DNA from: Octopus bimaculoides
Lineage: Eukaryota
Direction of reading: 5' to 3'
Assembly: GCF_001194135.2 (NCBI RefSeq)
Contig: NC_068982.1
Span: forward strand, 117,766,025 to 117,830,024
DNA length: 64,000 nucleotides
Of this stretch, positions 1 to 12,440 are shown piece by piece. A model generated the notes under the pieces. It was not told the origin of the DNA, did no database searches, and saw only the letters and a program-made list of their open reading frames with translations. A program made the translations under genes and the position numbers. The number at the start of each line of letters is the position of its first letter. Within the stretch, counting starts at the first letter, position 1.

Positions 1-74
<74 letters not shown>
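1..74. repeat. (CT)n then (TA)n compound microsatellite
   Basis: Directly visible dinucleotide runs. Confidence 0.98.
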
Positions 75-76
<2 letters not shown>

Positions 77-173
77 CAGCAAATCGGCATTTGCGAGATG
101 TAAGATATACAGATGGACAGTGTGACTTACCTATATCCTAATTGCATTAAAATATTTCTACCGTATTTAACAG

Positions 174-268
174 AACTTCAATCTCACTTCTGCAATTGTA
201 GATCACAAATGTGTCCTTCAAGACATATGTTCAGAAGGCAAGCTGATTTTTAATTCAGATAAAGTTAG
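174..268 (+). other. Candidate (probably 5' UTR) exon of the putative + strand gene
   Basis: Acceptor ttctaccgtatttaacag, donor ag|gtatgt. It has stop codons in the frame that would join the signal-peptide exon, so it would be UTR; another frame is open (NFNLTSAIVDHKCVLQDICSEGKLIFNSDKV). Confidence 0.2.
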
Positions 269-698
269 GTATGTCCAAAATAAATATTAGATTGTTCTAG
301 GAACGACGTACGTGCCATTGATGCATTGGCAGCTATTAATCGATAAAAAGCAATAGAAACATTAATCATATATAATAAAACAAGATTCTAGTTAAATCAA
401 TATTTAAACTTTATTGTAGAAATACTTAGCTACACAGGAAATAAGAACCGACACACTATACACTATTCAAATTAGCCGGATATTTAGAAACATCAAATTA
501 ATATGTAATTGTGTTTCAAATCACAGTTGATTGTCATGCACGAAGTAGGGTGCAGTAAAATATAAAAATGATATGTTCAATGGATATCCAGCGTGTATCC
601 GGTCATTAATGAGGTAGACTTAAAAATTTCACGCAGTTACTCCCCGCCGCGCAGAATTTAGACAAACAGAGTGTATACATTTTTATAAAGACACATAC

Positions 699-738
<40 letters not shown>

Positions 739-1065
739 GTATATATAAATATATATATATAACGGAAAGTGATGACGCAGAAAAAATTATAGTAATATTA
801 TGAACTTTATTAGGTTACAACTGTTTCTGCATTTAAAAGCAGTGGAACCATTTAAGTGATTGTACATCATCATTTGGCTTCATCGAAACATTGAATTTTT
901 TTTTTTATAGCAAAAACAATTGTAATCTAATCAAGTTCATAACATAACTATCGATTTCCCTGCCATTTTGGTAGTACTCCTCAATACTGCTTAAACAATT
1001 CGTTCTTAAACATACGTATATCGAGTTCTACACCTGATTATTATTCTCATAATGTCTAAGTGAAA

Positions 1066-1240
1066 TATCGCGGCGACCTGCCGGAAACTTTAGCACGCAG
1101 GGCAAAATGCTAAGAGGAATTTCGTCTGTCATGTTCTGAGCTTAAATTTCGCCGAGGTCGACTTTGCTCTTCAACCTTTCGGAGTGGATAAACTAAGTAC
1201 CAGTTGCGTAATGTGGTCGATCTAATCGAGTGTCTAAGAG
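1066..1240 (+). mobile_element. tRNA-derived octopus SINE (OK/OR-like family), diverged
   Basis: gcggcgacctgccggaaactttagcacgcagggcaaaatgct...ccgaggtcgactttgc...aagtaccagttgcg matches other copies in the window (e.g. 48821-49024). Confidence 0.85.
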
Positions 1241-1497
1241 AAATATATGTATATATGTACGTATATTTAGAAAAAAGGTCGCCAGAACTTTTGAAAAAAA
1301 AAAAATATTATTTATTCATTGTTATTAGCGGTTTCATGCGTTTCTCGAACTAGAATTTTCTGAAAGTACAAACAGCTTGTTCATTTATATAAAACAGGTG
1401 TTTATTGGTGAACATTGTTTTTGTTTTTTGGGTAAGGCTCCATGACAATGGAGATAGATAGAAAGATAGACCTAGATAGGTTGAGGAATATATATAT

Positions 1498-1728
1498 NNN
1501 NNNNNNNNNNNNNNNNNNNNNNNNNNNNNNNNNNNNNNNNNNNNNNNNNNNNNNNNNNNNNNNNNNNNNNNNNNNNNNNNNNNNNNNNNNNNNNNNNNNN
1601 NNNNNNNNNNNNNNNNNNNNNNNNNNNNNNNNNNNNNNNNNNNNNNNNNNNNNNNNNNNNNNNNNNNNNNNNNNNNNNNNNNNNNNNNNNNNNNNNNNNN
1701 NNNNNNNNNNNNNNNNNNNNNNNNNNNN
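1498..1728. other. Assembly gap (N run); further gaps at about 20037-20046, 21632-21702, 24676-25459, 26193-26934, 44120-44129, 45856-46255, 52494-52650
   Basis: N runs, mostly flanked by microsatellites. Confidence 0.99.
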
Positions 1729-1909
1729 TGTATGTATGTATGTATGTATGTATATAAGAAAATGTTAAAAACAATTTACAAGAAAGTATTTGATAAAGTA
1801 ATAAGTACGGGAGTCCAAAAAGTAGAGTTCAGTAAAAATCATATAGAAGGAGATATATTTAAGAATTTACAAAAAAAATTGTAGAGGAATAACTGACCTT
1901 TCTGACATA

Positions 1910-2812
1910 TCTACTACATCTGTGGAAATCTGCGGGTGTGTTTCTCTGTGGCGTTGTTATCTAACTCCGCCAACATGATTTAATCGATTTCGATGAAACT
2001 TGACATGTGAGTAGAACTCATGTCTGGAAAACAAGTGACATACTTAGACTGTTGAAAGAATATACAATAGGGTCCCTGGAAGGGATTCTTATATCTACTA
2101 CATATGACTAATTTATTATTTTTAAACATCCAAGGGAAATAACCCATTCTCTCCTGAAAGGGATCCTTATATATTGGGAAATATCCCTTTCATGTTCGTA
2201 AATTATTTTGTATATATCAAATTGGGTATGCTTCTTCCATAACTATTTGAGTTATTTTCGCAATTTATCCAGTACAACGCTTAAGCAAGTAAATAATTTA
2301 CTCCTATTGATCCACGTATTTAGATTAGTGAATTATTCACGAATATACCAACACTAGCGCCACTAAGGGTAATATTCTCTGCGAACGCACAAAAGTTCTT
2401 TTCTTATTTATTTACTTTGAATTGCTATTATCTCATATCTGATTCGTCTGTTATTACGTAGCATGCTTCATGATTTTAGTATACTTACCTTATTAGTATT
2501 TGCTCCTAAGTTCTATATATTTTGGAGTGTATTAAAGCCCTTTTGGGGCTACTTTATTTCAATTTTTAATATCGGGTAATTAATTTCATGTTATTTCATA
2601 ACTGACTTCACAATTTTGGTATTCATAACTTATTGGGAATTCCTAAAAACAAGATACTGTGTAAGACAATTCGGTATTCTCAATAAATGCACAAAAACCG
2701 TTTTAAGGGCTACATACTTTGTAGTATTGTTACTGGATTAGCGAAACAATTATGAGAACGCAACCAATGCATATGCCCCACTTTCCCGGGTATTGCCGGG
2801 TACGTCAGATAG
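1910..2812 (+). mobile_element. Non-autonomous Helitron-like element
   Basis: 5' a|TC start (tctactac); 3' GC-rich hairpin cccgg-gtattg-ccggg (2785-2800) followed by ATAG|t (mutated CTAG); A/T insertion site; no TSD; internal cgatttcgatgaaacttgacatg motif typical of such elements. Confidence 0.55.
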
Positions 2813-2894
2813 TATATATTATAACTATAGTTAGACTCCCAGTTCTATAATATTAAGTAGGGAGTCTAATGCAGGTCATGTGTGAGCATTTATA

Positions 2895-3304
2895 TGTTAA
2901 ATAAAATGAAACAAAGCCAAGGCAGTGGGAAATTTCTAGAATATCAATTCAGGGAAAGGTAATGTTAGCTGTCTGAGGGATATGAGGGATATCCCTTCAT
3001 CAGAGACGATATGAGAGTGTGAAATAGATGAATGAGTAGAGTTCCATATAAGAAGTTATTTTGAAACAGGAGAGAAATAGGAAGTATAATTGGAATGTTC
3101 TCTTATTTCCCTCTATATTTCCTATATTTCTCCCTTCCAGAGTAATGTCTTATATTGAACTCTACTTCTATTTCACTCTCTCATATCATCTCCGATTAAG
3201 AGATTAACCTCATATCGCTGAAACAACTGTAAGATTACCTTTCCCTTTATAAATGTCCTAGAAATTCCACACTATCTTGTCTTTGTTATTTCATTTTATT
3301 TAAC

Positions 3305-3305
<1 letters not shown>
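2895..3305. repeat. ~410-bp imperfect palindrome (fold-back MITE-like)
   Basis: tgttaaataaaatgaaa at 2895 mirrors tttcattttatttaaca at 3305; the arms align along ~200 bp (agggaaaggtaat, gatatgagag.gtgaaataga, gtagagttc) with almost no spacer. Confidence 0.85.
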
Positions 3306-3443
<138 letters not shown>

Positions 3444-5573
3444 GAAGTAAGATTTTCAGGAACAATAGTGGTTTATTAGAGCAGAGGGTTGTGAAGTTTT
3501 TCGTATCGCAGTCCAATAAGCTGCAAACATTTTAGTTTATAGTTCACGTTTAGCAACAAGAGTTGTTGTATATGCAAATAAACACTGAACACTTAGGTAA
3601 TGGAGTAGATAAAATCTAGGCTACATATGTTTCGTAGCTAGCAGAACCTAAGAAGTAGTAAATTATCGAAACGTGGGTTAAACTGCAAGGTACTCTTCCG
3701 GTTAATTATACCTTGATTCTATGAAGTTTACATTGTCGTTAGGAGATCCTGTGTTAACTCGTTAGCGATTCGATTGAAATGCGTAGAAAGTATAGTTTGA
3801 GAAGAAAGAAAGTATTGTTGGAAAAGAACTACTAGAAATATCAACATATCGTATCAAATAAAACCACGCCATCAAATAAAACGAAAATATACATCAAACA
3901 ATACAGTCATAACTAATCAAAACCACATCATGAAACACTTTTGACGATCGTTTATCCTACGCTTAAGTTGTTTTGAATTAGTAACTCGTAATGTACAATG
4001 AAAATATTCACAGATTCAAATGAATTATTATAGAAATCGTAATGCAAGTTTCAAATACTGTGTTAACCATATCTTCAACTTTATAAAGACAAATATCTAT
4101 GCATGTGTATAACAAAAATAAAATATTGTAGTTATAACGTCTTAAGAACAATCATTTCACAACGGCTACAAAGGTAACAACTAATCTTCGCAGATTATTC
4201 GTCACGATGTATTACATGAAATCGTAATATTTGGTGAGTTGTTGCTATTGAAACAATATTAAAGTGAAAATGAAATAAAAGTAGCCGAATGACTGAATCA
4301 TACAAATAGAACTCGCTGAAAACATCATGGGTGAGTTTGACTAATTATAAGAATGAAAGGAACAAAAGTATTAATTTTTAATGCCGCACCTAAATTAAGC
4401 ATTCTTAATATGTAAGGGCATAAAAACGTGATTCACGTGTAGGACACTAAAATACCTAACATTTTTGTCAGATTAGTACAATAAGAAAATGACTTTAGTA
4501 CAACAGAAATAAAATCAGAACACAAGTAATATATATGATCAGATACAACTTTCACACAAAATCTGACTTGCCTTCCTTTTCTCTTTTTCTACACATATAC
4601 ACAAACACATACGAACACACGCACATTTGGCCAGAGATACACTCGTTGACACACAAACAAATACATACATACATTTTAGAAAAAGAAAACATTGTTTTAT
4701 TGCCCGAATTCATGTTACATGCCACTTGGAGTCGTTCCTCTCTTATTTTTGTATTTATGTCTTGATAGAGTCCAGACAGGAAAAGTGCCGCTCTGAGTGA
4801 CATCGACAATTGCGTCATAGGCACATGTCCTTGGAGAATAATGATAAAAGACGAGACAGAGATTTCCTTGGTAACTTGTTAATTCTGGAGAAGTGATGTT
4901 CCCTACAATCTATCTTACCTTTGAATCGGAAGTTGCATTCCATTACTGTTCAATGTCTCCCTTTCAGGTACAGAGGTTGTTCTACTTGCTACTAGATGTT
5001 TGTTCTCTTACGCTCTTATCTAATTTTAATTACATACGTACATACATACATGCATACATACATACGTACAAAAATACAAAGAGCAACACACATACATAGA
5101 TACATACATTTCTGCGCACACAAATACACACATATTTATATATATATTTAATCTCGCGAAGTGGATAGAGACGTCTCATACGTAGAAAAAATATTGAAAA
5201 TATATAATATGTAATATTTGTGCTTTGACCAATTTTATTTATTTATTGATAATTCTAGCCTTTTATTAGTTTAAGCTGATCTTATTAACCAGTTTCCGGG
5301 AAGTGAATATTGTATAAATTTATTTTCAGTCTAGGATATACGTGATATCAGTATCTATTTCTGGTTATATCCAGCTGCAGTTTCTACGTATTAGATACGA
5401 TGTATTTGGTCAAATATACTTTATATACTTTTTAAAATATTAATTTGAATTTATTGTGGCCTTGTGCCAAAATTTGAAACCAATATTAATATTAACTTTG
5501 CTATTAAAAGTATATTTGTAAACAAAATATAGATATACATGCATATACTGTCCGATTGGTATATTTTTTCATA

Positions 5574-5634
<61 letters not shown>

Positions 5635-5636
<2 letters not shown>

Positions 5637-6410
5637 TCTTCAAAGAATATAGGATTCACTTCAAAATCTGTAACTATGATTCCTTTAGAGAACGTCGTGC
5701 GAAAACAGTTGCAATTATCAACTATTTCATTTGTCATAGCGAATGATCTTCGTGTGGGTGTATTTCAAAATGTTTGAATACTATTAGTTTAATAAGTTTA
5801 CAATCAAACTGAGATTACTTCGAGTCTAGAAGTCTGAAAACAGTTTAGGAACTTGACCTGGTTTTGTTATGAATAATATATATAGTCCAGTGTAATGTAC
5901 GCCATGCTGGATCACTGAACTCAACACTTTTTTTCATTCTCTCTCTCTTTATTTCCTCTTCTTCCGTTCTGTCGAAGAGCGTAGGCCCGAAATGTAAAGG
6001 ACTTTCCATTTTTCCAAAGTGTCAAATTAACACACTTGTTTATTCCTACACCTGTCTTCGTTTGTTTTTCTATAAATTTGAACTATATATATATATATAA
6101 GATACAGTGTATATTTAATTTTCACTTCCAGTGGCCTAGCGTATAAAAATGTAGTCCAAAGACTATGAATTACTCATAATATTCAGTGTATATTTAAACA
6201 CATAAGAGGAATCCACTTATGGGATTCCTTACGCCAGAACCACAAAATTAGGGATAAAATTCTGAAAGGAACAAAATGTATGAAATAAAAACAATCTTGC
6301 CATATGACAAATGTAACAGTTGATATTTGCAACTGTTTTCGCACGACGGTCTCTAGAGGAATCATAGCTACAGATTTTGAAGTGAATCCCATATTCTTCG
6401 AACAGCGTTG
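5635..6410. mobile_element. Non-autonomous TIR element (Tc1/mariner-type MITE) with ~104-bp TIRs
   Basis: 5635-5738 is the reverse complement of 6303-6406 (9 mismatches by manual alignment). The right end is followed by TA; the left end abuts (TA)n. Confidence 0.8.
5905..6085 (+). mobile_element. 3' end / pseudo-LTR fragment of a Penelope-like element
   Basis: Pyrimidine-rich tract, then ctgtcgaagagcgtaggcccgaaatgta, then cacctgtcttcgtttg ending in (TA)n; typical PLE 3' terminus. Confidence 0.55.
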
Positions 6411-6871
6411 TAAATGAATGTAATGTAACACAATAATTTTCGGAATTAATATGAGTATGGAAAAATATACTGGCCAAGCTGCATTACGAAATTTTACCTT
6501 ATTCCAAAATATCTCTGATCACTCAACTACTGCTTTTTTTTAAAAATTTCTTTATCTTTTTAAAAAATTTAGATAACTTCCTGAAGATGACTTTCAGAAA
6601 TCAACTCACAGCAGATCACATAGTTTCAAGCAAAAGAAAAAAATAGAAAAAAAAAAGCATCGGCTCCATTACATCAGTGTTAGATGCAATAGGAAGAAAA
6701 AAGACATGTCTCGCGAAGGAAAAAAAGTTTCGAGTTTAATGGTTATTATTTGGATTAATAAAATGTCCCTTGACCTGCAGCATGCTGCATTAAAATTTAC
6801 GATGTGAATTTGTGATAAACGTATTTTCCTAGAGTGACACTGATATATTAAATACTAATCTACTGGACATC

Positions 6872-6937
<66 letters not shown>

Positions 6938-7879
6938 ATATACACAAATAGATAAATACATACATACATGTATGTATACGCACACACAGACACACAGACA
7001 AACACACACACACATACACCACTTCTGAAAATATCCATGCGCAGCAATTGTCTTATAATTATATTCAGGATGCTATAGATAGTTTTATGAGATTATTTGC
7101 ATAATATTAACTATTTTCTGTAAAGAGAGAGTTATATGAATAGAATCCTTCAATACATTGGAATATTGCCTGTAATAGGTTCTGGACACATGAAAACAAT
7201 TTAGGTCCAGAATATTTTCCTATGTATTACAGTTATAAAGAATATTTGTTCGATTTTATATTATATTGTGTCTTTTGGCTGTGTTACTTGTATTTGATAT
7301 AAGTGTTACTATATTTAACCGTATTATATACATATAATACCGATTATAAAGTGTTCCCTCATTTGTATAGAGATGCTAAAAATATACAATGCCAGTAATT
7401 GTGCTGGTGCAAATATATTTAGTTACAACGTGAATGTAAAACTCTGTGAAATCAAAGTCCTCTTACTATTTTCCGGAAACAGGACGTTTTATGGACAGAC
7501 AGTCAGACACACACACGCTTTCAACGCCTACTGGTATATTTTTATTTTTATAAACTCGGAATTGGTTTGCATCTGAATATGTCAAAACTCTTAACGTTTA
7601 TATATTGAATATTTTGGCCACAATATTTTGATTACTTCATACTGAGGTTTATAGACAAATTAAACGCGGTTATTGGCCCACAAACACAGACAAAGGCACA
7701 TACAGACACACACACGCATTCACACATACACAGATATGCGTAGATACATAAATAAGTATAAGAAACTTGGAACAGACTAGTCATGGTCCATATTAGGAAA
7801 ATGTGGACTATTTAGTAAAAGCAAAAAAAAAAAAAAACAGTTATAGCGCCATGGCGAGTGGAAAATTTATCTAAAGTTG

Positions 7880-9880
7880 TATACTGTGTCCTTCTTCGAG
7901 GAAAAGAAGACAGGAAATGACTTAAAAGGAAACAGCAAAGTCTTACATCCTCTAAGAAAAGCGACGACAACTGATAAGTAACGCAGGAATACGGAAGTTT
8001 CGTACAAAGAAAAGTGGTAGTAGGAGGGAGACTAACTAGGTGAGAGACGTGGAAGAAACGAGTAACGGAATCATGCGGTTAAACAAGTGGAAAGAAAAAG
8101 TGAGTAGAATGGAAAAGATGATGAGTGGGGAAGTTGAAGGATATTTAGGGGAAGGTGTAGGATTAAACTAAATACGTCGATTTAAATCTGTCGGTGACAT
8201 AGTTCCGAATTCGAATATAAAATGTGTTTCTTAAGTTTCCTAGCGCATGTGGAGACATGATGTTTGAAAATGCCGCCCGTTGTTTAGTGAGTGACGGAGT
8301 GGCTTGTTGAGTTGAAGCAGTTGATGAGAGATTAGCCTGGCAGATATAGTGATATGTTGTGAATGCGCTCCGGAAAGTGACCAGCGAAGCATCCGTTTTT
8401 TTCTCCTAATTTAAAAATTTCCGAAACGTTTGATTATATATTATGTAAGGTTAGGGGCTGATACGCATGATATATTATATAAGGTTAGGCAATGTGCAAT
8501 AAAAGTTTCCTGTAGTGTAATATTATCATTTAGGCCCACTGATAATTGTGGTGTAATATATGTAGGGGTAATCGCATTTAAATGCGCATTCGGTAATCGC
8601 ATTTAAATGTTCATGGTTGTAAGGGACTGGCTGCTTCCGAGTTTCTTATCAGTTTTGGCAAAGAAATTGCAGTATGTAACAAGGAAGTGTTTCTGAGTTC
8701 AGGTGGATAATCTTCCAAATGAAGGGCGACTGAATAGAAGGCTACAGAAAGACAGAAAAGATAGGGGAGTGCAGCCGGTAAGTACTCGTAAACAGGGTAG
8801 GAAAGAGATGGCGCTAGGGATGGCCTCTGATAAGTAGAATAGAGAGCTAATAACTAATCGATTTCAACCTTAATCTAGGAAGTATTGTTACATTCTTTCG
8901 CATTGGGATTCGAAATCCGAATTAAATCTGCATAGCCGTCGTGCGCAAAGCGATTGATAGAAGGGTGTTGAAAATTTAGTGTGTTAGGGTGCAGAAGAAG
9001 AATAACGGAAGTAAGAGTAGGTTGGTGCGGTGAATTGTAGGGCGATGTTTTGCACATCTAGAAAGAGCTTAGAATAATTGGAGTTCACCTTAGTTCCAAT
9101 AACTATCCTGCTTTGTAAAATTTTTCTTTGTAAAATTCCTCAGAGGAAAAAAAAGACAATTCATCATTAGGTCTCGGTAGGCTTGTGGGGCAAGTGAGTC
9201 ACGGTCTGCAAAGTATTTAAGGACTAAAATCCGTCGTTGTGGGAGATGACAGCATAGATGGAGTTAATGTCTCTTGAAAATTTCTTTAGACTCTCCAACC
9301 AGAAAATAGAACGATCTGAAGATGTAATGGGTAAAGCAGTGATGAAACAAGATTTTTTTCCGCGTTTGATAATAGATGTTGGGTAGAGCAGTTATGGGCT
9401 AGACATCGGATAAAATTTATATCTCTTCTAAGGAAGTCTAGTTCGATGTCCGTAACAGTTTGATTTCTGTAAAGCATGGATGTTATGAGCGGTGTGTGTG
9501 AAGTGGAAAGATGAGTACGAGTTCTTTTGAGAGAGCACAATGTCGAAATGCTTGCTGTTGAGGTCCCGTATCTGACGATATGTTGAATAAGGTTGCATGG
9601 AGGATTAGAAAACGGTATTTAGTGAGCTCCCCTGTCAGATAGTCGCGCGTGATGCATAAGTAGCGGATGTCGGTTCGCATACGTTGTTTTGAAGAAAAGG
9701 TGAGGAGGTTAAGAATGGAGATTTTCTATTGCATGATGCTGCCTAGAGAATGGAGGAAAACGCATTTTGAAGTTGTATGGATGAAAGTTAAGACGACGAT
9801 AGCCTTCAAGAAATTTTAAATTGTTTTAGAAGCGAGAAGATATTTTTTAATTGAGTTAAACATCGCAATGAAGTGTAGTA
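7880..9880 (-). mobile_element. Internally deleted, decayed Penelope-like element (N-terminal region plus GIY-YIG C-terminus and 3' UTR)
   Basis: Minus-strand frames give KFLEGYRRLNFHPYNFKMRF (PLE N-terminus, ~9800), FPERIHNISLYLPG*SLINCFNSTSHSVTH and FEFGTMSPTDLN (GIY-YIG tail, 8170-8400). No RT motifs were seen between them. Confidence 0.6.
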
Positions 9881-10164
9881 CAAAACAGAATTAAAAAGTG
9901 TGGGGTATATACTTATTTTACATTTGTGGCACACGTCCTGACCGAAACGTTTGAGACAGGACGCAGGGATAAAGATGGTTCACCGAATTTAGTAGGTATA
10001 TTTTTGTAACAAAGGACTATTCATAGTATGGTCATCAGTATTCTATATGATGCTACGCGAACAAAATCTTTTGCTATTACTGCAACAGTGAAAATGAAAA
10101 TTAAAAAAAAAATACTTATTTGTTTTTACTTTTCTCAGTGAAAATAAAACCTGTTTTGGAGGAA

Positions 10165-10201
10165 ATGTTTATATTGACCTTCTGTCTCATATATCTATGG
10201 A
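10165..10201 (+). CDS. Candidate first coding exon (exon 10139-10201): start of signal peptide MFILTFCLIYLW
   Basis: Strong acceptor tacttatttgtttttacttttctcag, donor ga|gtaagt, ATG with A at -3; ends in phase 1. Confidence 0.45.
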
Positions 10202-10702
10202 GTAAGTTTCGAATATTCTATTACTAAGTAAATAAGTTTGAAGGAAATCTGATACCATATATCTCTACATTTATTCTTTTCGTTAGACAAAATGTCTAAC
10301 AACGTCTATCAAATTATTTAACGTCCCAGCATTTAACTCGATTAGATATCAAAGTAGACAATATGTGTTTTCCTTTCTTTTATACTTTTTAATCAGTGTT
10401 TATGTACTTGTGCTATTGTTTGTAGTTGTCCGTACGCGAGTGCGTATGTGATTGTACATATGCGTATATATGAGTATACGAATGTAAAGTGCGACTATGC
10501 GTAACAAAATACATATAGAAAATGATATAGTGTATTGATTATATGTTGTATTCAAAGATGCGATGTTTGATGCTTTGATCCAATACTGTCAAGATTCTGT
10601 TTGTCTTATGATGATCTCGTTATCTAAGTCACAATCTTGAACTATTTGATTCAAAAGCATTTTTTTGATAGCAATATCATTAAAACACGAAAAACAAATG
10701 GT

Positions 10703-10746
<44 letters not shown>

Positions 10747-10747
10747 G

Positions 10748-10797
<50 letters not shown>

Positions 10798-10798
10798 G

Positions 10799-10834
<36 letters not shown>
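10703..10834. repeat. (ACT)n microsatellite with two AGT interruptions
   Basis: Directly visible. Confidence 0.98.
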
Positions 10835-10835
<1 letters not shown>

Positions 10836-10879
10836 GATTCTGCCAACTCACCGCCTTAATAATAATGATTATTATTATT

Positions 10880-11092
10880 AATTCAAATTTTTGCCACGAA
10901 GGCAGCTTGGAGAAGATGAGGATGAGTCGATTACATCGATCCCAGTGTTCAACTGGTACTTATTTTATCGAAAGCGAAACGAGGAAAGGCAAAGTTGACC
11001 TCGGTGTAATTTGAACTAAGAAAGCAGCGGCAGAAGAAACACCACTAAGCATTGCGCACGGCATGTTAACGATTCTGCTACTCTGCCCCCTT
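10880..11092 (-). mobile_element. Octopus tRNA-derived SINE (plus a 5' stub at 10838-10858)
   Basis: Reverse complement of family consensus (ggcaaagttgacctcgg..atttgaact, ctaagcat, aacgattctgc). Confidence 0.85.
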
Positions 11093-11166
11093 AATAATAA
11101 TAATAACAATAATAATAATAATAATAATAATAACAATAATAATAATGATGATGATGATGATGATGA

Positions 11167-11197
<31 letters not shown>

Positions 11198-11276
11198 AAG
11201 AAGAAGAAGAAGAAGAAGAAGAAGAAGAAGAAGAAGAAGAAGAAGAAGAAGAAGAAGACGACGAAGAAGAAGAAGA
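11093..11276. repeat. Compound trinucleotide microsatellite (AAT)n(GAT)n(AAG)n
   Basis: Directly visible. Confidence 0.98.
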
Positions 11277-11482
11277 TTGGTGTCAAATTTTGGTACAAGG
11301 CTAGCAATTTCGAAAGAGGGTGTAAGTCAATTTCATCGAACCCATTCTCTACTGGCACTCAAATTATCGACCCAAAATGGATGAAACGCAAAGTCGACGT
11401 CGGTGGAATAAGAACTTAGAATGTATGGAAGGATGAAATGCCGCTAAGCATTTTGTGCAGCTCCTGACAGCTCGCTGCCTTA
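11277..11482 (-). mobile_element. Octopus tRNA-derived SINE
   Basis: ggatgaaacgcaaagtcgacgtcggtggaat...ccgctaagcattttg...cagctcgctgcctt. Confidence 0.85.
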
Positions 11483-11509
11483 GTACTATATCTAATAATC
11501 TTTTGTATT

Positions 11510-11690
11510 ACTGGCAGAAGGCCTGAAACTTTCGGGGAAGGAACAAGTTAATTACATTGTTCCCAGTGCCCGACTTGTACTTAATTTATCGACTCCGAAT
11601 GGATGAAAGGTAAAGTCGACTTCGGTGGAATTTGAAATTCGCTTACTATTTTGCCCAGTGTCCTATCGATTCTGTCAGGTCGCCGCCTCA
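11510..11690 (-). mobile_element. Octopus tRNA-derived SINE, internally deleted
   Basis: tacttaatttatcgactccgaatggatgaaaggtaaagtcgacttcggtggaatttgaa...gattctgtcaggtcgccgcct. Confidence 0.85.
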
Positions 11691-11729
11691 ATACTACTAA
11701 TAATGATAGTAATGTTTTTCTTCTTCTAA

Positions 11730-11920
11730 CTTTAACACAAAGTCAAAAGATTCGTGCGTAGCGTGTTAGTCATTACCCAGAGCCCCAGTACTTAACTGCT
11801 AGATTTTTAACAGACCCTTGAAAGATGAACTGCAAACTTCACCTCACGACAAAAATTTGAACTCAAAAACGCAATGCAACAGAAGAACATAACCTAAGCA
11901 TTTTATACGACTCCTTAACG
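11730..11920 (-). mobile_element. Diverged octopus SINE followed by (ACT)n(ACC)n (11922-12007)
   Basis: aatttgaactcaaaaacgcaa...cctaagcatttt similarity to neighbouring copies. Confidence 0.6.
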
Positions 11921-11938
11921 TTACTACTACTACAACTG

Positions 11939-11990
<52 letters not shown>

Positions 11991-12304
11991 CACCACCACC
12001 ACCACCAGGTAAGCATGCATGTAGGTATACATACATACATATCAATGTTTAGATTTGGTATGAAAAAGCCTCAAAATTCGTCCCGAAGTGGTAAGCTTTA
12101 CAGTTAGCCTTCTAATCTCAAAAGTGCTGGTTTTGGTGCAGCAAAAATGGCCCGAACACACAAAATTTAGTAAAATTTTAAAACGTCTTTATGTTTCAAT
12201 CACAACAACAACAATAACACTAACACTTAAAAAATCGTATACTATTACTTCCTTCAAACAACGCAGCAGTTTTAAGAGGGATGCAATCAATTAAAATGGA
12301 GTCA

Positions 12305-12440
12305 GTATTTGAGAGTTACTTCATTTTATCCACTCTCAAATTATAGAAGACAATGTCGACCTCGGTGGAATTTGAACTCGGAATATAAAGAGCTGTAAGA
12401 AATGCAGCTTTTCATTTTGCTCGGCTCACTGACGATTCTC
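12305..12440 (-). mobile_element. Octopus SINE fragment
   Basis: aatgtcgacctcggtggaatttgaactcggaa...gacgattct. Confidence 0.7.

Noticed and set aside
6581-6600. CTGAAGA-tgactttca-GAAA hammerhead-like core
   Set aside because: No stem I can be formed in either type I or type III topology.
7373-7528. CAGANIFSYNVNVKLCEI, Kunitz/PAN-like spacing with plausible splice sites
   Set aside because: Other required cysteines are missing, and it lies upstream of the signal-peptide exon, so it does not fit the model; may be chance.
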